NCBI GenBank assembly: GCA_013334335.1 | Contig: JAAXXR010000001.1 | Span: 33,688 to 97,687, forward strand | Length of the DNA: 64,000 nt | Source: Chlorobiaceae bacterium | GTDB taxonomy: Bacteria > Bacteroidota > Chlorobiia > Chlorobiales > Chlorobiaceae | Reading direction: 5' to 3' | Shown: positions 10,032 through 19,867 of the stretch, one piece after another | How positions within the stretch are numbered: position 1 is the stretch's first letter | Layout: every line of letters starts with the position of its first letter | The notes under the pieces: model-generated | Seen by the model: the letters and a program-made list of their open reading frames with translations, nothing else | Databases searched by the model: none | What the model was told of the DNA's origin: nothing | Position numbers and translations under genes: made by a program

Positions 10032-11360
10032 ATGAAGAACAGAAAAACCAAAGTAGCACTCATCCTTCTCGCTGCAGCGCTCGTTTCAGGACGGGCGGGT
10101 GTTGCGGCAGAGGCCGTGTCGCCCGTTCCGGCGTCAATGACGCTGGACGAGGCCATGCGGCTGACCAGGGAGCACAACCCCAGGGCGCTGCAGGCAGCCG
10201 ATGAAGTCAAGGCAGCCGACGCCAGGATCACCCAGAGCCGTAGCGGCTATTTCCCGCAGATTTCCGCAAAAGCAGGGTACCACGCTATCGATCCGGTCTC
10301 TGAAATGTCCTTTGGCGGGACTCCGGTCAAATTCATGCCCAACGACAACTACGATGCCAGAATCTCCGCGCAGATGCTGCTATACGATTTCGGAAGGACC
10401 GGCAGAACCGTCGACCTTGCCAAGTCAGGCCAGGTTGCGGCCAGCCACAAGCGCGACATGACGCTCCGCGACCTCTCGCTTGCAACCGTGCGGGCCTTCT
10501 ATTCGGTCCTGTTCCTGCAGGAGGCGGTCAAGGTGCAGGACAAGGAGATCACCGCCCTGCAGAAGAATCTGGACCACATGCAGAAACGCTACCAGGAGGG
10601 TGCCGCCACCCGTTTCGACCTCCTGACGACGCAGGTACGGCTCTCATCGGAAGGAAAACGCAAAATCGACCTGCAGACAGAACTCGACAACCAGCGCATC
10701 AACCTGCGTCGGCTATGCGGTCTTCCGGAAAGCACGCCTCTGGAGCTGAAGGGCTCGTTTGAGGTCACCGGAGCCGACATGAATGCTGCAAAACTCGCGG
10801 CGGCATCCCTTGAACAGCGTCCCGAACTCATGATCGCCCGGGAAAACTTCCGTTCGGCAACGTTCAGAAAATCGCTGGCCGCCAAGGAGGGGATGCCGAA
10901 AATCGTCGGATCAGCGGCCTGGGGCAGCACCAACGGCTACCAGCCAGACATCGAACAGATGCGCACGAATATTGCCGCTGGCGTCGAGATTCAGGTCCCG
11001 ATCTTCACCGGATTCCGGACCAGCGCATCCACCAGAGAAGCTGCGGCTCTGATGCGCGCCGCCGAACAGGAGCGGATCGATACCGAACAGATGGTGCATG
11101 CCGAAGTCAGCCAGTCGCTCAATACCCTGCGATCAAGCGTGGAAAAGATCGGAACGACGAAGATGCAGGTCTCCCAAGCTGACCTGGCCGCCAACCACGC
11201 GAGGATCAGGTTCCAGAACGGACTCGGCACGACGCTTGACCTGCTCGACGCTGAAGCACGACTTGCCGATGCGGAGCTGGCTAACCTTCAGGCCCGCTAT
11301 GAATACGTGCTCAACACCTACGCAGTCAGACGCGCCTCCGGCGACCTGATCGCACCATAA
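10032..11360 (+). CDS. TolC-family outer-membrane efflux protein
   Basis: 442 aa with signal peptide and a duplicated OEP repeat architecture. GAGGA RBS. Confidence 0.85.
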   Translation: MKNRKTKVALILLAAALVSGRAGVAAEAVSPVPASMTLDEAMRLTREHNPRALQAADEVKAADARITQSRSGYFPQISAKAGYHAIDPVSEMSFGGTPVKFMPNDNYDARISAQMLLYDFGRTGRTVDLAKSGQVAASHKRDMTLRDLSLATVRAFYSVLFLQEAVKVQDKEITALQKNLDHMQKRYQEGAATRFDLLTTQVRLSSEGKRKIDLQTELDNQRINLRRLCGLPESTPLELKGSFEVTGADMNAAKLAAASLEQRPELMIARENFRSATFRKSLAAKEGMPKIVGSAAWGSTNGYQPDIEQMRTNIAAGVEIQVPIFTGFRTSASTREAAALMRAAEQERIDTEQMVHAEVSQSLNTLRSSVEKIGTTKMQVSQADLAANHARIRFQNGLGTTLDLLDAEARLADAELANLQARYEYVLNTYAVRRASGDLIAP

Positions 11361-11374
11361 ACGGAACCGGAGCC

Positions 11375-11830
11375 ATGAGCAGCACAGCACCAGGACCAAC
11401 AAAAAAAATACTCTGCCCGGTTGATTTCTCGGCAGCATCCGAGCGGACGCTCGCCCATGCCGGAGTGCAATATTCACAGGCATCCGAAATGGTCATCCTG
11501 CATATAGGAAACCCGGGCGCGATGGATCGCGCGTCATTGCTCAAGGAACAACTGCGGCACTTCTCCCGATACTCAGGCGCGCTTTCGGCCTTCGGATGCC
11601 GGATCCGGTTTGCGGTTGAGTATGGGGCGCCTGCCGAAAGCATCATCGCGTATGCGAAAAAGCATGGCTCCGACATGATCGTGATCGGTTCGCACGGAGA
11701 GAACAACATCCACCGCCTGCTGGTCGGAAGCACGACTGAAGCGGTCATGCGGCAAGCCCCCTGCCCGGTGGTGGTGTTCAAGTCACCCTACTCACCGACC
11801 GCCATTCATGGAATTTCAGCAGCTTTGTAA
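11375..11830 (+). CDS. Universal stress protein (UspA family)
   Basis: ILCPVDFS... and GSHGE..LVGSTTEAVMRQAPCPVVV motifs. Confidence 0.8.
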   Translation: MSSTAPGPTKKILCPVDFSAASERTLAHAGVQYSQASEMVILHIGNPGAMDRASLLKEQLRHFSRYSGALSAFGCRIRFAVEYGAPAESIIAYAKKHGSDMIVIGSHGENNIHRLLVGSTTEAVMRQAPCPVVVFKSPYSPTAIHGISAAL

Positions 11831-11854
11831 ACAACATCAACGACAAGATCATCC

Positions 11855-12844
11855 ATGTCTGAATCTCATCAGCATACCCCGGAAGTCAAGAAAGGCGAGG
11901 GGGCGACCAGCGCCCCTTCGTCCAGGATACGCTTGGCCGCGTTTGGCCTCCTCGCTGTTGCCGGCCTCGTATGGGGCGGCATAAAGCTTGTCCATTCATT
12001 CAATTACGTCGAAACCGACAATGCCCAGGTCGAAGGTGACGTCTATCCGGTCATCTCCCGCATCCCCGGAAAAGTGGTCGAGGTAACCGTAAAGGACAAC
12101 CAGCTTGTCGGAACAGGAGACGTACTCGTCAGGCTTGACCCTGCCGACTACCAGATCCGCCGCGACATGGCCGAGGCAGCGCTGCTGACGGCGAAAGCTT
12201 CGGTGTCGGCGGCGAAGGCATCGATCACTGCAGCGGCCGCCTCGTCAAGGAAGCTCGATGCTGACCTCAGGCGAAGCAGGAACCTGCAGCGGCAGGATGT
12301 GATCTCGAAATCAGAGCTGGACGCGGCCGTGGCCGGCGCTACGGCATCGACCGCCCAGCAGGCGGCGGCAGGTGACCAGTACGAGGCTGCGCTGGCGCAG
12401 GTAAAGCTCCGCGAAGCCGAGCTCAAGAACGCCGAACTCCAGCTTTCCTGGACCAATATCACCGCACCTGCCGCAGGCCACGTCTCCAAAAAGAGCGTAC
12501 AGCCGGGCCAGTACGTCGCACCTGGCCAGCAGCTCATCGGTGTCGTCGGAAGCAGCGAACTCTGGGTCGTGGCCAATTTCAAGGAGACGCAGCTCGAGCA
12601 TATGCGCCCGGGCCAGCCGGTCATCATCAGTATCGATGCATTTCCCGGCAAGGAGTTCAACGGGCATGTGAACTCAATCTCGGCAGGCACGGGAGCGAGA
12701 TTCACGATGCTTCCCCCGGACAACGCCAGCGGCAACTTCGTCAAGGTGGCCCAGAGAGTGCCGGTTAAGATCGTGTTTGACAAACGGCCATCCGAACCAC
12801 TGGCCGCAGGCATGAATGTTATCGTCGAAGTCAAAGTAAAATAA
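11855..12844 (+). CDS. HlyD/EmrA-family membrane fusion protein
   Basis: Single N-terminal TM, coiled-coil Ala/Gln-rich centre, barrel-sandwich motifs. Confidence 0.85.
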   Translation: MSESHQHTPEVKKGEGATSAPSSRIRLAAFGLLAVAGLVWGGIKLVHSFNYVETDNAQVEGDVYPVISRIPGKVVEVTVKDNQLVGTGDVLVRLDPADYQIRRDMAEAALLTAKASVSAAKASITAAAASSRKLDADLRRSRNLQRQDVISKSELDAAVAGATASTAQQAAAGDQYEAALAQVKLREAELKNAELQLSWTNITAPAAGHVSKKSVQPGQYVAPGQQLIGVVGSSELWVVANFKETQLEHMRPGQPVIISIDAFPGKEFNGHVNSISAGTGARFTMLPPDNASGNFVKVAQRVPVKIVFDKRPSEPLAAGMNVIVEVKVK

Positions 12845-12853
12845 TCAGTTGTA

Positions 12854-14449
12854 ATGACTTCAGAATTAACAGCGAACGCACCTTTGCCGACATACACCTA
12901 CGAGACCGGCATCAAAAAGGTGATCATCACCGTGACGGTCATCGTTGCGGCCATGCTCGAACTGATCGACACCACGATCGTCAACGTGGCGATCAACCAT
13001 ATCAGCGGCAACCTCGGTGCGAGTATCGAGGATGTCTCCTGGGTGGTCACCAGCTATGCCATAGCCAACGTCATCATCATCCCGCTTTCGGGGTTCCTCG
13101 GAACTCTCCTGGGACGCCGGAACTACTTCATTGGCTCGATCCTGCTCTTCACTGCCGCATCGCTGCTCTGCGGCATGGCCACGAACATCTGGATGCTGGT
13201 GCTCTTCAGGTTCATCCAGGGCATCGGAGGCGGGGCGCTCCTGCCCACCTCGCAGGCGATCCTCTATGAAACGTTCAAACCCGAAGAGCGTGGGGCGGCT
13301 ACGGGCATCTTCTCGATGGGCCTGGTGCTCGGCCCGACCATCGGCCCCCTTCTCGGTGGATGGCTGGTTGATTACTACTCGTGGGAGTGGTGCTTCTACG
13401 TCAATATTCCGGTCGGCCTCCTGGCCGCATGGGCGGCGCTCACCTACGTCAAGGAGCCGAAGGTGCGGCACACGGTCGAAAAGATCGACTGGGCCGGAAT
13501 CGGCCTGCTGGCTGTGGGCATCGGCTCGCTGCAGTTCATCCTGGAGCGCGGCGAATCGAAGGACTGGTTCGATACCCCCTACATCACCTGGTTTACGATC
13601 ATCGCCGTCGTTACGCTTGCCCTCTTCGTCTGGCATGAACTGCATACCGATCATCCCGCGGTTGACCTCTCGGTTCTCGGACGGAGCAAGAACCTCGCCA
13701 TCGGTTCGGTGCTCACCTTCATCGTCGGTTACGGGCTTTACGGATCGCTGTTCGTATTCCCGGTGTTCGTGCAGCGGCTGCTCGGATTCACGGCCCTCCT
13801 GACCGGCCTGGTGCTCTTTCCCAGCGCACTCCTGACCGGGGTCATCTCGCTGCCGCTGGGCATCTCACTGCAAAAAGGGGTCTCGCCAAAGCTGCTCCTC
13901 GGAATAGGCATGGCGGCGTTCTTCCTGTTCTGCTGGAAACTCGGGGATCAGACGATGCAGTCGGGCGCATCGACCTTCTTCTGGATCCTGCTGCTCCGTG
14001 GAATCGCACTCGGATTCATCTTCATCCCGGTCACCATGCTGGCCGTCACTGGCCTGAGCGGCAAGGATATCGGACAGGCCACGGGGCTGAACAACATGGT
14101 CCGCCAGCTCGGAGGTTCATTCGGCATCGCGATCACCAACACCTATATCGCCAAACGGGTCGCCGAGCACCGCGTCGAGATTCTGAGCCATATCACCCCC
14201 TTCAACCCGGCTGCAGTATCGAGGATCGACGGGATGCAGCAGGCGCTCGGGTCGACGGTGAACTCTCCGGCAGAAACACATCAGATGGCCATGAAAGCGC
14301 TCGAATACACCGTGACCACGCAGAGTTACCATCTGGCCTATATGGACGCCTTCAAGCTGATCGCCCTGCTGTTTCTCTGCTGCCTGCCGCTGTTGTTGTT
14401 TATCAGGGTGGACAAGAACGAGAAGAGCGATCTCTCATCGGTGCACTGA
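12854..14449 (+). CDS. DHA2 (EmrB/QacA) 14-TMS MFS drug efflux permease
   Basis: 531 aa. LDTTIVNVA, GRRN and FRFIQGIGGGAL motifs. Confidence 0.85.
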   Translation: MTSELTANAPLPTYTYETGIKKVIITVTVIVAAMLELIDTTIVNVAINHISGNLGASIEDVSWVVTSYAIANVIIIPLSGFLGTLLGRRNYFIGSILLFTAASLLCGMATNIWMLVLFRFIQGIGGGALLPTSQAILYETFKPEERGAATGIFSMGLVLGPTIGPLLGGWLVDYYSWEWCFYVNIPVGLLAAWAALTYVKEPKVRHTVEKIDWAGIGLLAVGIGSLQFILERGESKDWFDTPYITWFTIIAVVTLALFVWHELHTDHPAVDLSVLGRSKNLAIGSVLTFIVGYGLYGSLFVFPVFVQRLLGFTALLTGLVLFPSALLTGVISLPLGISLQKGVSPKLLLGIGMAAFFLFCWKLGDQTMQSGASTFFWILLLRGIALGFIFIPVTMLAVTGLSGKDIGQATGLNNMVRQLGGSFGIAITNTYIAKRVAEHRVEILSHITPFNPAAVSRIDGMQQALGSTVNSPAETHQMAMKALEYTVTTQSYHLAYMDAFKLIALLFLCCLPLLLFIRVDKNEKSDLSSVH

Positions 14450-14521
14450 CACCGGCTCAGGGCATCGTCGGGGAGACAACGTGGGTTGCCCCGGATGGGG
14501 CTCCGAGGCGACAGCATCACG

Positions 14522-14559
14522 GTGAGGGCCGTTCTGAAAGCTTTCGGAACGGCCCTCAC
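14522..14559. terminator. Long hairpin between convergent emrB-like and msrB genes
   Basis: gtgagggccgttc...gaacggccctcac, a 13-bp outer stem continued by gaaag/ctttc. Confidence 0.6.
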
Positions 14560-14583
14560 GGCATTTCACCGGCACGCCGCATA

Positions 14584-15144
14584 TTATTGGGAACGACCCG
14601 TTTCAGGGATGTCTGGATCGAACTCGAGAGAGATCGAATTCATGCAGTAGCGCTTGCCGGTCGGCGGGGGCCCATCGTCGAACAGATGCCCGAGATGAGC
14701 GCCGCAACGACCACACAGCACTTCGGTGCGAACCATGCCGTGAGCGGTATCCTCCCGGTAACTGACACTTCCCCGATAAGCAGCCTCAAAGAAGCTTGGC
14801 CAGCCGCAGGTGCTCGCGAACTTCGCGTCCGACCGGAAAAGCCGGTTGCCACAGGCCGCACAGAAGTAGGTTCCGATCCCTGCGAAATCGCTATATCTAC
14901 CGGAGAAGGCACGCTCGGTGGCCGCATGGCGGGCGACCTCGTAAAGGTCGCGGGGAAGCACCCGCTTCCAGACCGAATCGGGCAGATTGATCCTGGTGGT
15001 GTCGCTCCTTGAATACCAGGGATGCGCAGTGCGTTTCATGTCAGAATCGGCTTGAGGTGCTGGGGCTTCGGGCACGGTGGATCCTGTGTTGCAGGCTGGC
15101 AATAGCGCTGCCGTTATCAATATGAACAGCATTCGAGGCGTCAT
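14584..15144 (-). CDS. msrB: Exported (lipoprotein) peptide-methionine (R)-S-oxide reductase
   Basis: Two CxxC zinc pairs and CGWPSF. Lipobox LLPAC. ATG 15144 is preceded by GAAGGAG. The longer listed ORF would run into the next gene. Confidence 0.85.
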   Translation of the reverse strand: MTPRMLFILITAALLPACNTGSTVPEAPAPQADSDMKRTAHPWYSRSDTTRINLPDSVWKRVLPRDLYEVARHAATERAFSGRYSDFAGIGTYFCAACGNRLFRSDAKFASTCGWPSFFEAAYRGSVSYREDTAHGMVRTEVLCGRCGAHLGHLFDDGPPPTGKRYCMNSISLEFDPDIPETGRSQ

Positions 15145-15193
15145 CGGGTTGCTCCTTCTCTTCCAGAACCTGCCGTCCGGAAAAACGGTTCCC

Positions 15194-16510
15194 TCAAACT
15201 CCGGCCGAGTTCCGGTAGGTTTCCCACGCCTCGTCGATCCTGCGCCTGGAGGCGATAAGGAGCATGGCGGCAACAAGCGTCACGGCCGTGCTGCAGCGGA
15301 TGGCCATCGACGTACCGAAGCGTTCCGAAAAGATGCCGATCAGGAAGTTGCCGACCGGCATCAGCCCCATCAGTACCATGAGGTAGATGCTCATGACCCG
15401 ACCCCGGTAACGGTCCTCGACCAGACGCTGTACGGTGGCCGTCATCGTGGCGAATGCCGAAAGCATCCCAAGACCGGACACGAAAAGGAAGAACAGGGCG
15501 AGCGGCACTCCAGTGGCGAAGGTGAAGGCAATCAGCGAGAGGGCGAAGGTGAAGATGCCTCCGATCACCATGGTACCGGTCTTGATCCGGTTGCTCGACA
15601 TCGAGACGAAAAAGGTGGCGGTAAGCGACCCGAGACCGAAGGCCGAAAAAAGCGTCCCCATGCCGGATGCGCCGAGTCCGAAGGTCTGCTTGGCGACTAC
15701 GGGCAGCATGGCCATGAACGACCATCCGAAAATCGACACGGCAGCGACGAACAACACGATCGTCCGAAGCAGCGGATGGTGCCAGGTATATCCGAGCCCG
15801 TCGCGGATGGATCGGATGGGATGCTCGTTCACCGATTGCGGCCGCCTCGTGCTCGTGCTGATCTCGCGCAGGGCGACAATGACCGCCACGTAACTCAGTC
15901 CGTTGGCCAGGAACGCCCCACCAGTGCCGATCCAGGAGATCATGAGGCCGGCGATGGCTGGTCCGACGACCCTGGAGGCATTGAAGATTGATGCGTTGAG
16001 CGCCACGGCCGAATGAAGCTGGTCGCGGTCGACCAGCTCGCTCAGGAATGCCTGGATGGCAGGGGTGGCGACGGATCCCACGCAGCCGAGCAGAAACGCG
16101 AGCACGAGGATCACCGGGATGGTAACCTGATGGGCGAGCGTGACGGCGCCAAGAATGAGGGCGAGAGCCATGGAGAGTGATTGCGTCCAGAGCAGGATCA
16201 CCTTTCTGGGATAACGATCCACGATCACCCCACCGATGAGCGAAAGAAAGAGGGTCGGAATGGTTGATGTGGCCGCTGTGACACCCACCCAGAACGCAGA
16301 TCCGGTCATTTCGAGTACCAGCCACCCCTGGGCCACCATCTGCAGCCAGGTACCGATCATCGAGATGATCTGACCGGTGAAATAGAGGCGGAAATTCCGG
16401 CTGGCGAACGCCGGAAAGGCCAGGAGCAGCCTGGATTTCATGCCCTGGGAGACTGCCGTTCGAAGTTTGTCGGGAGATTGCGTGGAAGGATCTTCAGCTG
16501 CTGCACTCAT
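15194..16510 (-). CDS. MFS transporter (EntS/MFS_3-like)
   Basis: 438 aa, 12 predicted TM. Substrate unknown. Confidence 0.7.
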   Translation of the reverse strand: MSAAAEDPSTQSPDKLRTAVSQGMKSRLLLAFPAFASRNFRLYFTGQIISMIGTWLQMVAQGWLVLEMTGSAFWVGVTAATSTIPTLFLSLIGGVIVDRYPRKVILLWTQSLSMALALILGAVTLAHQVTIPVILVLAFLLGCVGSVATPAIQAFLSELVDRDQLHSAVALNASIFNASRVVGPAIAGLMISWIGTGGAFLANGLSYVAVIVALREISTSTRRPQSVNEHPIRSIRDGLGYTWHHPLLRTIVLFVAAVSIFGWSFMAMLPVVAKQTFGLGASGMGTLFSAFGLGSLTATFFVSMSSNRIKTGTMVIGGIFTFALSLIAFTFATGVPLALFFLFVSGLGMLSAFATMTATVQRLVEDRYRGRVMSIYLMVLMGLMPVGNFLIGIFSERFGTSMAIRCSTAVTLVAAMLLIASRRRIDEAWETYRNSAGV

Positions 16511-16788
16511 CGGGTTTCGTCATCGTTCTTGTCCGGAAATTCTTTTGCAGCTGAAAAGGTATGAAAAACGACGGGATTTCTCAGGGTAATCCCAAAACCC
16601 GCGCAGAATGGCGTGTCACCGGCAATACATCCCGCGGAGCATAGAAACAAATCAGAAGTGACGATTATTAACGGTAAATTGGCGAACGTTTTTCGGTGCA
16701 CGTTCATGCTTTGGGGGAAAGTGGGCCCGAAAAACGTACGATCACGTCAATTTTTCCAACACACAAACATAACAAAGGAGATCTTCCG

Positions 16789-17334
16789 ATGAACGTAGTC
16801 AATCCGGAAGCAATCGGAGTTTTCGGCCTAATGGTAACCGTTTGGGTATTCGGCCTTGAACAGCTCGGGTTTGGAATGAACAGCGAAACCGACCATGCGA
16901 AGCTTTTCAGGAGCCTTGCCAATGTCGCCCTCTGGTTTGGTGGTGCAGCCCAGATCTTCACCGCCCTTTGCCTCTATCTGTTCGATGTGGGAATGCCTCC
17001 CGAGGCGCGTGTCTTTGTCGGGACTATTTTTGCTACCTATGGCCTCTTCTGGGTCGTCGTGGCCATGCACTTCTTCAATCCCGGCGACAAGAAAGTTTAC
17101 GCCCACTTCTTTCTCGGCATCTTTTTCATGACCGCACTCTTCAGCTACAAGGCGATCATGCTCGGCAAAATCTGGCCGCTGGGCACCGTTCTTCTGCTCA
17201 TCAATGGACTGACCATCCTCTTGCCCTTCACCTGGTACAAGCATAACACCGTCATCACCAAGATCTGCGGCGCGCTGAACGTCGCTATCGGCGTCTGCGC
17301 GCTCCCGCTGCTGCTGCACTCCCTCGGCATGTAA
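16789..17334 (+). CDS. GPR1/FUN34/YaaH (SatP-like) acetate/succinate channel family protein
   Basis: NPEAIGVFGL, GGAAQIFTAL and FATYGLFW parallel the NPAPLGL, GGIAQIFAGL and FTSYGSFW motifs of YaaH. AAAGGAG RBS before ATG 16789. Confidence 0.7.
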   Translation: MNVVNPEAIGVFGLMVTVWVFGLEQLGFGMNSETDHAKLFRSLANVALWFGGAAQIFTALCLYLFDVGMPPEARVFVGTIFATYGLFWVVVAMHFFNPGDKKVYAHFFLGIFFMTALFSYKAIMLGKIWPLGTVLLLINGLTILLPFTWYKHNTVITKICGALNVAIGVCALPLLLHSLGM

Positions 17335-17353
17335 GCTGAACGCAATGAATACA

Positions 17354-17382
17354 GGCCTTCCCGGCTACAGACCGGGAGGGCC
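17354..17382. terminator. GC-rich hairpin downstream of the satP-like gene
   Basis: ggccttcccgg-ctacaga-ccgggagggcc, an 11-bp stem with one G.U pair and no clear U-run. Confidence 0.45.
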
Positions 17383-17819
17383 GGAAGGCAACCGCCTCAC
17401 CTGGCCACCCCGCCCCCAGCAGATTCAGCCCTCCAGCTCGTCACATTCAGTTCTGTCCAGGTCGTTCACCTCCGAGACCTTGGCTACCTGCTCTCCCTTG
17501 CGTTCATCATTGCAACACCCGGGTCGCAATGCCCCCCCGGAATCCCGTTCATCTGTCGAGATCCTTGCCCTGGTCGCACCGACACGGCAACGGAAAAAAA
17601 ATGGCGAACTGTTGTCTGGCTCCATGATCCCCCCTGTTTAACTGTCGATACGGGCGACAGATACCCGGGTCACCAGGGTACGCTCATCTGAACCTGCGAC
17701 CTGTCAGAATGTTCTCAATTATCCGTTCCGACCAGAACACCATGAACTTCGGCACCGTAAACCGGCGTCGGCATCTGGTTGTCCGGCTGGTTCCGGGTTA
17801 CTACGGCTTCCGAAGAAAC

Positions 17820-17849
17820 TATATAACCATATTACCGATAATATTAAAC
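17820..17849 (-). promoter_or_regulatory. AT-only promoter-like element related to the flanks of the sulfur-operon palindrome
   Basis: TATATAACCAtattaccgaTAATATTAAAC shares CTATATAAC..TAATAT..TTAAAC with the 24678 and 49508 sites. The minus strand reads GTTTAA-N17-TTATAT. Confidence 0.35.
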
Positions 17850-17881
17850 AACCACAACAATATACAGCAAAATACCCTGCT

Positions 17882-18391
17882 TCAGATAAAGAGCGAAATG
17901 TTTGCGTCGGCCGCGTATTCGAGGAAGGTGGCGGCACCGCCGTAATCGACGCCATCGATGAACTCGCTCTTGTCGAAACCGAAAACGTCCATGGTCATCT
18001 GGCAGGCAATGAACCTGACACCACTTTCGAGGCACATCTCACGGAGCAGTTCGACGGTCGCCACCCCTTTCTTTTTGAAAGTCTCTTTCATCAGCATGGT
18101 CGCCATTGAATCGAATCCGGGCATGTTGCCGGAGATGAGATTCGGAATCTGCCAGTTGACCGACTGAAACTCCTTGCTGCCGAACGGCATCTTCATGGGC
18201 ATGGCAGGGTTGCCGACGGGAGAGACTTTGGCGTCGATCTCCTTCTTCAGCAACGGCAGGCCGTAGAAGGTGAAAAAAACAACCGCCTCCATGTCCATGG
18301 CCGCGGCCGTGGAGGCGAGGATGAAGGGCGGATAGGCCCAGTCGAGCGTTCCTTTGGAAGCAATAATCGCGAGTTTCTTGGTGTCGGACAT
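17882..18391 (-). CDS. DsrE/DsrF-like family protein (DsrE2/DsrE3-type, DrsE_2)
   Basis: 169 aa. KLAIIASKGTLDWAYPPFILAS start and conserved Cys in FIACQMTMD. Last gene of the soe-like operon. Confidence 0.75.
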   Translation of the reverse strand: MSDTKKLAIIASKGTLDWAYPPFILASTAAAMDMEAVVFFTFYGLPLLKKEIDAKVSPVGNPAMPMKMPFGSKEFQSVNWQIPNLISGNMPGFDSMATMLMKETFKKKGVATVELLREMCLESGVRFIACQMTMDVFGFDKSEFIDGVDYGGAATFLEYAADANISLFI

Positions 18392-18451
18392 GATCATCTC
18401 CGAATGTTGGTTGTTGGATAGCAATACCTCTATGGTGCTCCGGAACGCCGT

Positions 18452-18886
18452 TCAGCGCCCGGAGGAAAAAATGCCGCTGGCCGCCAGGAGCAACACCACC
18501 ACCTGCAGGGTTGCCATGGCCGCATAGAAATAGTTCTTCTCGCTGAAAAAAGCCCAAATGGCCGTAGCCAGACACAGCGTCGTCGCCATGGCAAGAAAGA
18601 CAACCGATGCATAGCTTACCGAATCGCCATGGAGCAGTGTGGAGAGTGACGAAAAACAGCTCCATCCGCAGGGCACCTGCATGGTGTCGTGAAGCTCGGC
18701 AGAGCTGAGGTGCCAGTTTCCTGCAATCGTTTCAATCGGCAGCCCGAGCGGCAGGAGCTGAAGCAGGTAGAACAGGTAACCCACGGCCATTACCACGATC
18801 ACCGAATGCGAAACGAACTCCAGGGTCTTCGCGTAGGTGAGCTGGACCCGGTCAGCGTAAATCACACCTTTTTTCTTCTCCGTCAT
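18452..18886 (-). CDS. DUF1634-like small membrane protein (usual TauE partner)
   Basis: 144 aa, 3-4 TM. Its ATG overlaps the tauE stop by 4 nt. Confidence 0.6.
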   Translation of the reverse strand: MTEKKKGVIYADRVQLTYAKTLEFVSHSVIVVMAVGYLFYLLQLLPLGLPIETIAGNWHLSSAELHDTMQVPCGWSCFSSLSTLLHGDSVSYASVVFLAMATTLCLATAIWAFFSEKNYFYAAMATLQVVVLLLAASGIFSSGR

Positions 18887-19839
18887 ATGCCGAACCCTTT
18901 AAGCAGTGATCGAAAACCCGAAAGGGCAAGAATGGCAATGACAATCAGCCTGATCGTCCTGGTGTTGACCTTCGGCAAGAGTTTCGCGCCTATCTTGGAA
19001 CCGAGCATCATGCCGCCGATGGATGGCACCGCGATGAGCGGAAGGACGGCGCCCTTGAAAAGGTAAACCCAGGCCGCTGCCGAACCGTTTATCGAAAGCA
19101 CAAGCCCGCTGGTGGCAACGGCGACCTTAAGCGGAACCCCCATCAGCAGGTTGAACACCGGCACATTGGCGAATCCGGCGCCGAGCCCGAACATGCCGCC
19201 GATGAACCCGATGACAATGAACAGGGCTATCCCCAGCGGTGTCCGATGCACCTGCCAGGAGACCTCGTGCTGCCCGTACTCCTCGTAATAGAGCCCCGAG
19301 ATACCCATCATCTGCGAAAGGCGGTCCGGCTGCTTCACCTCCGGATATCCGGACTTTCCGGCCTTGATCATGATGCCGGCTATGGAGATGATCACGATGC
19401 CGAGCAGGAGCTGCACGTTCTGTACCTGCATGGATAGCCCGACAAGAGCCCCGACGATGGAGCTTACCGAACCGACCAGTGCCATTGGCAGTGCGAGTTT
19501 CAGGTCTGCAAGGCCTTTCCTGAGCAACGGGGGGCCGGCTGAAAGAGCTCCGGCAAGCGCAACCAGGAGGCCTGCACCACGGACATAATCAAGGTGAAAC
19601 GGGAAAAACCCGCTCACGATGGGCACGAACAGCACCCCGCCGCCAACGCCGGCCAGCACCGCGACAATGCCAAGCAGGAACGAAAACACAAACAGGGCGA
19701 TCAGCCATCCCCACCACGCCATGCCTTCGGCCGCATGGGGTGCGGCTGCAAGCAGCGGCGCGGCCTGCATCAGCAGCGCGACGGCTATGCCAGCCGATGC
19801 AGCAGGGACGAGCCTCCGGCCAATTGATGAAATCCTCAT
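18883..19839 (-). CDS. TauE/SafE (DUF81) sulfite/anion exporter family protein
   Basis: GVGGGVLFVPI and a repeated 4-TM architecture. The first ~39 aa look like a signal or extension. Alternative start at Met40 (19722). Confidence 0.8.
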   Translation of the reverse strand: MRISSIGRRLVPAASAGIAVALLMQAAPLLAAAPHAAEGMAWWGWLIALFVFSFLLGIVAVLAGVGGGVLFVPIVSGFFPFHLDYVRGAGLLVALAGALSAGPPLLRKGLADLKLALPMALVGSVSSIVGALVGLSMQVQNVQLLLGIVIISIAGIMIKAGKSGYPEVKQPDRLSQMMGISGLYYEEYGQHEVSWQVHRTPLGIALFIVIGFIGGMFGLGAGFANVPVFNLLMGVPLKVAVATSGLVLSINGSAAAWVYLFKGAVLPLIAVPSIGGMMLGSKIGAKLLPKVNTRTIRLIVIAILALSGFRSLLKGFGI

Positions 19840-19867
19840 GAACGGTACGATGGATATGAAATGATAC

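Noticed and set aside
15145-15276. Long form of msrB.
   Set aside because: It would overlap the upstream MFS gene by about 80 nt. The signal peptide and lipobox follow the SD-supported ATG at 15144.
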